DNA of 64,000 nt from Ostreococcus lucimarinus (taxonomy: Eukaryota), in assembly GCA_000092065.1 (NCBI GenBank), contig CP000589.1, one strand, 5' to 3'. The notes under the pieces are model-generated. The model saw only the letters and a program-made list of their open reading frames with translations. It searched no databases and was not told the origin of the DNA. This document shows, one piece after another, positions 20,679-28,985 of this stretch (its first letter is position 1; every line of letters begins with the position of its first letter). The position numbers and the translations under genes were made by a program.

Positions 20679-22385
20679 CTAAATCTCGCTATCGCTCGAG
20701 CTCAACGCACCCTTGGTCGTGATCGCAATCGCCAAAGCGCGCTTCAACGTCGCCACTTCAGCGTATCCAGGCTCATCGCCGTAGTCGTGCAAGAGTAACA
20801 AAAAGTCATCCGTCTTCATCGACATGATATATTGCTCGGAAAGCGCTTCATTGATCTGCACTCGAGGGTCGTTGAATGTGGGATCACCGCGCTTTCTCGC
20901 CGCGTGCTCGACAAAATCTACGACGACTTCGTCGAGAGTGACGTACGGCACGTTGAGAATGTTCATTTCGGAACGGAATTCAGACACATACATTTGGCCG
21001 ACGTACTTGAGCATCGCCGATGTCGTGCCGGGTGTGGAGACGACGTTTCTAGGATCGATACCACTCTTACGAATCGCGGCCGACTCCATATCGTCTGACT
21101 CGAATTGATTGTACTTGCCCGCAAGCGTCGTCGTCGTCGTCGTCCTCGTCTCCTTTGCGTCGAATTCAAACGAGGACGTCGAATCTTCTCTGGCGTTGAA
21201 CGAACTCGGCGTTCGCGCGTCTTCATAGATCGACTCGTCCACGGTGTTGTCAAACTCCCAATAATCACTCATTCCCGGCGTCGCTTGCGGCACGCGCGTC
21301 GACTTCGAGGACGCGGGCGTGTCCTCGAAAGGATTTCCTCGCGCCGCCGTCGACTTTTTCGCCGTCGATGTGAATCGCCACGCTTCGTCTCGCACCGCCG
21401 CAATTTCCGCGTCCGTGGGCGATGGATAATCGTCCATATCGTTGAACACGTGCTTACCGCGCCAGCTTCCGATCGCGCCCGCGGGTGTTGACGGATTCAC
21501 GTCGTTCGAACGCTTCTCCAAGCTCGGCAGCGGATCGAGCTCGACGACGTGCGGCTCGGGCGACGCCGCCATCGGCGACGCGCGCGCGAACGGATTCACC
21601 GGCACGATCGGCGACGGCATCTCATCGGGAATAACGCGCGGACCCAGCTTCGCCCGCCCCGCGTCGATGATATCCGCTTCGATCGCCCGCAGTTCCTTCG
21701 CGAACCCGTCCGCGAGCGTCTCGAGCAACGTCTCGCACTCGAGTTCGACGTCCACCTGATACTGCGCCTCCGTCTCGCTCGCGCGCTCGTACGCCGACCA
21801 CGCGCGAAACGCCACGAGCGCCGAGCACTTCCTCTCCACGCGCCCCTCCAAAATCACATCCTTCCTCGCGCACGACCGCAGCGTAATTTTTCCGTCTCTC
21901 CGCGTTCCGCCCGCGAGCGCCCACTGCGCCTCCCGCGTCACCGCCTTCGTCTCGAACCGCATCACCGTCTCCCCCTTGTGCACGGTGACGTACTTCCCAT
22001 AACACCCAGCGTCAAAATTCCCATCGCGCACGACGAACGCGTACTTCGCGCCCTCTTTACCGTTCCCTCCCTCGTCCCCGCGCGTTATTCGAACCGCCGT
22101 CAACCGCGGCGCCGTCGTCTCGTCCAACACCGCCTCCCCGAACGCCTCCCGCGCGCTCCTCGCGCCGCGCACTCGTCGCACGACGATCACGTCTCCATCG
22201 CTCAGCGGGTCCTCGCGCGCGCGCGCCTCCGCGTCGCGCCGCAGCGCCTCGAACGCGTCGTCGTTCTTCGCTCGACGCGCCGCCTCGCCGAGCTCCAGCG
22301 TCGCCTCGCCCATCGCGCGCGTCGCGCCGTCGCGCGCGCCGGCGCGCGCGTTTCGTTTCTTCGCCGCGAGGTCTCGCGCGTCCAC
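20679..22385 (-). CDS. hypothetical protein with a PH-like N-terminal region, a Thr6 tract and a conserved-looking C-terminal globular domain
   Basis: 568-aa ORF with ordinary codon usage. C-terminus YVGQMYVSEFRSEMNILNVPYVTLDEVVVDFVEHAARKRG...FLLLLHDYGDEPGYAEVATLKRALAIAI. No confident family assignment. Confidence 0.45.
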   Translation of the reverse strand: MDARDLAAKKRNARAGARDGATRAMGEATLELGEAARRAKNDDAFEALRRDAEARAREDPLSDGDVIVVRRVRGARSAREAFGEAVLDETTAPRLTAVRITRGDEGGNGKEGAKYAFVVRDGNFDAGCYGKYVTVHKGETVMRFETKAVTREAQWALAGGTRRDGKITLRSCARKDVILEGRVERKCSALVAFRAWSAYERASETEAQYQVDVELECETLLETLADGFAKELRAIEADIIDAGRAKLGPRVIPDEMPSPIVPVNPFARASPMAASPEPHVVELDPLPSLEKRSNDVNPSTPAGAIGSWRGKHVFNDMDDYPSPTDAEIAAVRDEAWRFTSTAKKSTAARGNPFEDTPASSKSTRVPQATPGMSDYWEFDNTVDESIYEDARTPSSFNAREDSTSSFEFDAKETRTTTTTTLAGKYNQFESDDMESAAIRKSGIDPRNVVSTPGTTSAMLKYVGQMYVSEFRSEMNILNVPYVTLDEVVVDFVEHAARKRGDPTFNDPRVQINEALSEQYIMSMKTDDFLLLLHDYGDEPGYAEVATLKRALAIAITTKGALSSSDSEI

Positions 22386-22472
22386 GGGCGCGTCGCGTCG
22401 CGCTCTGGCGCGCGATCGATCGCGCTGGATGATTTTGAATTCAAATCGAGCCGTCTCACTCGCGCGCGCGCG

Positions 22473-23426
22473 ATGCCGCGCGCGCGCCGCGCCGCGACGC
22501 GCGCCGCGGACGAGAGCGCGCGCGACGAAAAAAAATCACCGCCCGCTCGCGCGACGCGCGCGCGCGGCGCGACGCCGGCGCGCGCGCCGCCGCCGCCGCG
22601 ACCGACCGACCGACCGCGACGACGCGCGACGGCGACGACGACGACGACGCGCGCGACGCGCGCGCGGTCGAACGCGCGGTCGCGCGCGGTGCTCTTGGTC
22701 GCGCTCGCGGCGGCGCTCGCGCTCGGCGCGCTGCGCGCGCGACGCGCGACGACGACGGGACGCGGCGGCGGCGCGGACGCCGACGCGGCGGCGCGCGCGA
22801 CGACGCTGCGGCGCGCGCTCGACGCGGTGACGCGAAGCGCGAGCGCGGTGGAGTTCTTCGTCGAGGACGTGGCGACGCGACGGGCGTCGCACAAGGCGCC
22901 GACGGTGCTGGTGGCGGCGAACACGCCGGAGGGGTTGCGCGCGGCGCGGGCGAGTCTGGAGGCGACGCTGCGGAGGGGCGCGCGCGGGCGGTGCGCGATG
23001 ACGCTGGACTGCGCGGCGGCGAACCTGCGGGAGTTGGACGCGGACGAGGCGCGAGGGCGGTTGCAGCGCGCGCTGGCGCGACACTTGGCGGGATGTTCGC
23101 GCGACGAGGACGGCGCCGTCGTGGTGCTGCACGACGTCGCGAACATGTCGCCCGAGCACGTCCCGGCGTTGCTTCCCGCGCTGAGCGAAGACGGGGCGTA
23201 CGCGTACGATGGGGAATCGATCTCGACGACGAGAGGCGTGTTCGTTCTCACCGCGCACCTGCCGGCGACTCGAGCGGCGGCGGCGGCGCCGACGGACGAG
23301 AAGACGTTCACGAACGCGGCGAAGATGGCTTTATTGGACGCCATGCGCGCGAAAACTAGCGACGACGACGCCACGGCGTTGGCGTTTAGACGTAGAATAG
23401 ACGTCGCCGTTCCGGCGAACGCGTGA
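22473..23426 (+). CDS. single-pass membrane protein with a torsin/LAP1-like degenerate AAA+ fold (no Walker A)
   Basis: TM helix AVLLVALAAALALGAL, then VLVAANTPEGL in place of a P-loop, a Walker-B-like AVVVLHDVANM and a sensor-1-like GVFVLTAHL. These sit in the same spacing as torsin (LHGWTGTGKN...IFIFDEMDKM...FIFLSN). Start set to ATG 22473; track ORF begins at 21549. Confidence 0.4.
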   Translation: MPRARRAATRAADESARDEKKSPPARATRARGATPARAPPPPRPTDRPRRRATATTTTTRATRARSNARSRAVLLVALAAALALGALRARRATTTGRGGGADADAAARATTLRRALDAVTRSASAVEFFVEDVATRRASHKAPTVLVAANTPEGLRAARASLEATLRRGARGRCAMTLDCAAANLRELDADEARGRLQRALARHLAGCSRDEDGAVVVLHDVANMSPEHVPALLPALSEDGAYAYDGESISTTRGVFVLTAHLPATRAAAAAPTDEKTFTNAAKMALLDAMRAKTSDDDATALAFRRRIDVAVPANA

Positions 23427-24129
23427 CGGCGCGTAAAATGTAACCGTAACCGTTACTATTTTCAACCGCACGTACTGTAACTGTTTTCAAAAATCCGCGC
23501 GTCGACGCGGCACCGCGCGCGACGTCGCGGGAACGAACCGCGACGACGACGCGATCGTGACGTGCACGATCCATCGCCGTCGCGTCGGCGCGTCCATCAT
23601 CGCGGACGCGGCGCCGAACGAATCGGCGTTTTCGCGTCCCGAGTCACTCCGCCTTCGTCCCCGCGCGCCGCGCGTCGTCCCGCGACCGCGCGCGCGCCGC
23701 CGCGCGTTCGCCTACCGCGCGTTCTCGCCGAGCGCGCGCTCCACGGCGCTCAAGATGCGCTCAATCTTCACCGGATCGTCGACGTACCCGTCGCCTCGCG
23801 TCAACTTTGAGTGCACTAATTCGCCGGCGACTTTGACCTCGAGCGCGCCGCTCGTCGTCGGCGTCGGCTCCGCGGCCACGGAGGCTCGCGGAAATTTCGC
23901 CACGATGGCGCGCTCGATCGCCGTCGCGAAGCGCAGGTAGCCTCAGCCGCCTCAGTAAGTGATGTGTACGAGAGGATTCATCACGACGAGCGTCGCGAGT
24001 CGCGAAGTGACGACGAGTCGAGCGAGGACTGAAGGAATGTCGGAATACCGATGTTCGCGCGCGTGTCTAATGATATGGTTTCTAAAGCTACTGCGGCGCT
24101 GGCTACGGTGCGCGCGGCGCGCGCGGTGG

Positions 24130-26157
24130 TCAGAGAATGACGACGCGTTTAGCTTCTTTGCGCCTGGACGGCCTGGACGGCGCCGTCGCGACGCGAACGT
24201 CGTTGTGAGGAATGACCAAGGCGACCGTGTCTTCGAGCGCGCGGTTCGCCGTTTCGAGGACGGCGTACTTGACGTAAATCGCACCCACGACGCACACGAC
24301 GGCGAAGAAGACGTGGATGGCAGACGCGCCGAAGGCGTCGAGGGCGAGTTCGTACGCGAACGTCTCTACGAAGACGTACGACCAGTACAGCGTGAGCGTG
24401 AGCGAGATTGCCGTACCGCGCGCGTGCTGAGGGAACAGCTCAGCGGCGATGAGCATCGGTATCGCCGCCATGCCAAGTCCGTAGAAGAAGGCAAATGAGA
24501 TGATGGCGACGTCGAGCGCGTCCCGCGCCGAGCCCAAGGCGTAGCCGGCGGCGGCGCTCGCCATGGCGAGGTTGCAGAGACACATACCCGCTAAAGATGC
24601 CAGCATGCACGGCTTCCGCCCCATGTAATCTACCATTCTCGAACACACCATGATGCCGAACAAGAGCGTGACGACGTATGCGATCCGAGTCTCCGTCGAC
24701 GACGGCACCGCGCCGTTCGACGGAATTTCGCCGTCGTCGTGCACGGCGAGCGACAGTCCGCCGAGCTGTTGGATCCCGACGAGCGCACAAGCGATCATCA
24801 TCGATCTCGATAGATGCGAGTCAAGCAATAGATCGTACCACCTGAACGCGGCAAACGCGCCGGGTGGTGAAGTCTTTGCATTTTCGCGAGCGACGATGTT
24901 CGCGACATCCTCCATTGCCTCGCGTTCCTTATACGCCCCTCGAAGCGTTGTGAACGCTTCCACCGCCTCGATGCGCATTTCTCGCGCCAGCAACCATCTT
25001 GGAGATTCCACTACGCATATAATGGCGATGATCAGAGCGATGACGTTGAACATAGCGCACACGCCGGCTAAGTGTCTCCAGTGCATCGTCACCGGACTCA
25101 ACGGGCTCAGATACATGAACAACACACCCTTTACGATGGCCAAATTAGGCAAGATCGCGTGCGCACCGCGCATAGATTTTGAACTAGCCTCAATGAGTAA
25201 CAAGGGCGCCGCAGTGGTGACAATACCCACAGAAATGCCCGCGAGCACCCTCCCAACCATCGCCGTCGTCGAAAACGCAGGCGCGCAAGCCGCCAGCGCC
25301 CACCCTAAGATCGCCGGTATCGTCGCCGCAACAACCGTTCGGCGCCTACCAAACCTATCGCACCCCCAACCCGCGCGCGCTGCGCCCACAATCGCCCCCA
25401 GGAAGAGCGCCGCTTGTAAAGTGGCGATTTCGTCCTCGTTCGCGCCATCCGTCCCGCACGCCGCCGTCTCGCCACCGCACGACATCGTCTTCCTAGCCGC
25501 AAACGGAAACCCGATAGCCAACCCCACGGTGAAGCACGTGAGCGATACCGATGCCGTCGCCGCCCACGTGCGCCAGGTTTTCGGCACCATCGCCGCGACG
25601 ACGCTCGATGTCGAGTGCAGGTTCGCTCCCGACACCCGAGCGCTCACGCCGACGCCGCGTTCAACTTCATCCAGCGTCCGCAGCGCGTCCCGCGTCAACC
25701 GCGTGTACCCTCGCGCGCTCGTGCTCTCCACGAACATCCGATTCGCGCGTGCATCGCCGGCGTCATCGTCATCGCTCGACGTCGTCGACGACTCGCCGCC
25801 GTCAACACCCCGCGATTTTTTGCTCGACGACAGCGTCGTGCGCGCGTCGTCCGCGTGCGTCGTCCCGGTGTCGCTCGTCGCGTACCCTCGATCATTTCGC
25901 AGTAATTCCTCGCGTTCGCCGTCGTTGGCGCGTCCGACTTTCGGCGCGCCGCTGAAGAGCGTCTTCAACATCCCAGAGACTGAAGCGCGCGGGGACGCGC
26001 TGGAATCTCGACTCGCGCTCGCGCGACGCGCGCGTCTCTCGCGCCTGCGCGACTCGCGACCGTCGCGACGATCATCTCTCGCTTTCTTCTCGGCGCGCGC
26101 CTTCTGGAACAGGCGCGCCTTGTTGGCGAGCTCGAGTTCCTCCTTGCTCGGCGGCAT
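24130..26157 (-). CDS. MFS sugar/solute transporter with hydrophilic N-terminal extension
   Basis: 12-TM MFS layout with the sugar-porter signatures GWGCDRFGRRR, VVESPRWLL and AELFPQHARG. Start set to ATG 26157 (MPPSKEELEL), which avoids overlap with the upstream CLPTM1 stop at 26249; track ORF runs to 26337. Confidence 0.75.
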   Translation of the reverse strand: MPPSKEELELANKARLFQKARAEKKARDDRRDGRESRRRERRARRASASRDSSASPRASVSGMLKTLFSGAPKVGRANDGEREELLRNDRGYATSDTGTTHADDARTTLSSSKKSRGVDGGESSTTSSDDDDAGDARANRMFVESTSARGYTRLTRDALRTLDEVERGVGVSARVSGANLHSTSSVVAAMVPKTWRTWAATASVSLTCFTVGLAIGFPFAARKTMSCGGETAACGTDGANEDEIATLQAALFLGAIVGAARAGWGCDRFGRRRTVVAATIPAILGWALAACAPAFSTTAMVGRVLAGISVGIVTTAAPLLLIEASSKSMRGAHAILPNLAIVKGVLFMYLSPLSPVTMHWRHLAGVCAMFNVIALIIAIICVVESPRWLLAREMRIEAVEAFTTLRGAYKEREAMEDVANIVARENAKTSPPGAFAAFRWYDLLLDSHLSRSMMIACALVGIQQLGGLSLAVHDDGEIPSNGAVPSSTETRIAYVVTLLFGIMVCSRMVDYMGRKPCMLASLAGMCLCNLAMASAAAGYALGSARDALDVAIISFAFFYGLGMAAIPMLIAAELFPQHARGTAISLTLTLYWSYVFVETFAYELALDAFGASAIHVFFAVVCVVGAIYVKYAVLETANRALEDTVALVIPHNDVRVATAPSRPSRRKEAKRVVIL

Positions 26158-26248
26158 CGCCGCGCGAGGCGCGAACTGAGGACGACGCGAGCGAACGGGC
26201 TGTCGTATTATTCTCGAGCTATCGAAATCTAACTTTCTATCGAGCGCG

Positions 26249-27973
26249 TCATCGCTCCTTCTTACTCTCGTTTTCGGTCGCATCGTCCTTCTTACTCTCG
26301 TCTTCGGCGCCGGCGTCGGCGACGTAGCCGAATTCATTCGCGCGAGTTTCGTCGACGCGATAGACGCGTCTCTGATACAAGAATAAGAGGAAGATGACGT
26401 CGTCTCTGAAGACGGAAATGCGGTGAAGTGTGGGCATCTTGATGACGAAGGCGAATAAGTCGTCGATGATGGTGTTTAGGAACTTGTAGCCCATCTGTTT
26501 CCACGGCATAGCGGCGACGCTCTTGAGTTTGTAGTTGACGTACAGCTGAGGCGTCATGCTGATGAAACCAAAAGTATAGACAGCCCCGACGAGCGTACTC
26601 AGGACGAACGACCACCAACCTTTGTGTTCGTGCGTGCGCAGGCTGTACACGGCGTATACTCCCACGAGTGGATATAGCGCGTACGACAAATAGCGCATGG
26701 CGTCCGCGTCGTGTCGAGCGGTGTCGCTCTTGAGCGCGCTCGCCTTGTCGGCGACGCGAAGCCGCGGAAAGCGTCCGTCTCGATCAACAGAGACGTCCAT
26801 CGCGCGCGTCACCTTCCAAAACTCAATAACGACGCCCAAACCACTGGAAATAAGTATCATCCACGACGTTTCGTTGTCGCACAGGTACAAAAAGATGACG
26901 AGCTGACAAAAGGCGTTCAAAAGAACGCTTCGAGCGGACAATCCTTCGAGACTTTTGCGATTTCGCCAAAACTGCACGTCGTGTTTGAATGCAAAGAAAT
27001 CAAATATCGTGTGTAGCAAACTCACAACTGTCGTCACCGCGAGCAACGTCGGATTTCCTTCGAGAAACACGCGCTTCATGTTGTCCGCGTCGTGTTCTCC
27101 CGCCGCGCCGAACGCGCGTTGCGTCGACCACGTCTGCTCCATGGACTCTTCCATCTGCCAACGAAACTGAGAAATCGTCTCGAGGTTCAAGTTTATCTTC
27201 ATCTCGCGCGCGCTCGTTTCGTTCAGCTCGCGCAGATGGCTCTTGATGATCCAAAACTCGTTAAAATACACCGTGGGATAGTATCCCGACCGCCGCTCGT
27301 CCGAAAATCGCATTCGCCTCGCCAGGATGTCTGGAATCGTCGCCCCGCGATACGCCGCGAAATCATCCACCACGGTCAACGTCGCGTTGGGTTTATAATA
27401 CGCCTGATAATACTCCATCCCATCTTCCAACCCCTCCGTCCCGTCCTCGCGCGGCTCCGCCCGCGCCGAATCCTCGCCCAAGAGCTTCCTCCTTCGCGCG
27501 ACTCTTCGTCTTCGCCAAATCGTCGCGTCGAAAGACACTCGCAAAACGTCCCCATCGTCGTACCCCTCGTCCGCCGGATCCAGCGACGCGCCTAAACGCG
27601 AAACGATCGCGTGCAATTTCACGCTCACGTTTCTCGCCACCGCGTCCACGAGCGCGACCCCGAGATCCAACTCGACGTCGCGCGTCGCCGACGCCAGCGG
27701 CGCCGTCGTCCCCCACAGCGGCGTCTCCGCGTGAAAATTCACGCTCGACGCCTCGTAATCCTCCGCGAGCGCGTGCACGCGCACGTCAACGACTTCGTCC
27801 CGGCGCCACAGGTTCCGACAGACGTCCGCGTACGCCGTCGTCGTCGTCGTCGTCGTCGCGACGTCTTGGAACGCTTTCGGCGCGGAAACCGTCGTCAAGC
27901 TTCGCGTCAGGCGCACGGCGAAGCCGTACATCGCCGCGAGGCGCGCGATCTTGAGCGCGCTCTGCGCTCGCGA

Positions 27974-28007
<34 letters not shown>

Positions 28008-28036
28008 TCGGTCGACATCGCGGCGCGGCGCGGCAC
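26249..28036 (-). CDS. CLPTM1: CLPTM1-family membrane protein (cleft lip and palate transmembrane protein 1-like)
   Basis: C-terminal block LYVNYKLKSVAAMPWKQMGYKFLNTIIDDLFAFVIKMPTLHRISVFRDDVIFLLFLYQRRVYRVDETRANEFG is diagnostic of CLPTM1/DUF1663. Contains a Thr7 tract. Confidence 0.8.
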
Positions 28037-28985
28037 ACGATGACGCCGCTCGAAGACGAAATCGCGTCGAGAATCGCGCGACAGCGCGCGCTGGCGCGCG
28101 CGAACGCCGCGGAGTTGGCGTGCGCGACGCTCGCGTTGACGCCGCGCGCGCGGCTGCGCGAGGCGCGGGCCGCGGCGGAAGAGATGGCGAACGCGTCGGC
28201 GGACGCGGCGACCGTTAGAGCGCGCGTTCGCGATTGGCGCGACGCGCAGAGGCGCGCCGAGGACGCGCGCGCGAAGGAAACGACGCGAGCGATGGACAGT
28301 GAACGACGCGCGCGCGCGCGGGAGGCGACGGTGGCGCGAGAGGCGCGAGAGACGAGGATCAGAGCGCGCGCGGCGTCGAAGGCGCGGCGACGCGCCGAAG
28401 CGGAGGCGGCGAACGCGCGAGCGGCGAACGCGCGAGCGACGAGTCGCGCGGCGAACGAGGCGATGATTTCGTTATTTCAGGTGCGCATCGCGACGCGCGA
28501 ATGGGTCGGTGAACGACGGAGGGACTGACGACGCGCTCGTTTCGTTTGGTTCGCGCGCGAGGCAGGCTCGAGACGCGCAAACGGTACGACGACGCCGCGA
28601 CGCCATCGCGGCGTTAGACGTGGAAATAGCCGAGCGCGAATTGCGATTGGAAACTGCGACGGCGCGCGCGCGCCCGTTCGTGCACCGCTCGAGAGAACGC
28701 TTGTCGAGTTGGACGGAGGCCGCCGCGCGCCGTTTCGTGGCGACGACGCTCGAGCGCGAGCGCGTCGAGGATCTCGACGTTTTCGCGCGCGCCGCGCGTC
28801 AGGGGTGGGTCTTAGACGCGCACAAGTACCGTCGCACCGCGCCGCGTTGGCGCGTGTTAGATCCTCGATGCGGCGGCGTCGTCATTCGCGAGTATTAAGT
28901 CGCGCGTCTGGGTAGTTAGAGTAGCTCGTCCCGAACAACAGTCGTTGATCGTCCGACTTCAGACGCCGCCTCTCGCCTCGCCACG

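Noticed and set aside
22202-23374. 390-aa minus-strand ORF, and 22536..23258 (minus).
   Set aside because: They are antisense to the torsin/LAP1-like gene. They have Ala/Arg/Ser low complexity and no motifs.
24650-26179. 509-aa plus-strand ORF.
   Set aside because: It is antisense to the MFS transporter. Its hydrophobic and Ser-rich composition mirrors the TM codons of the real gene.
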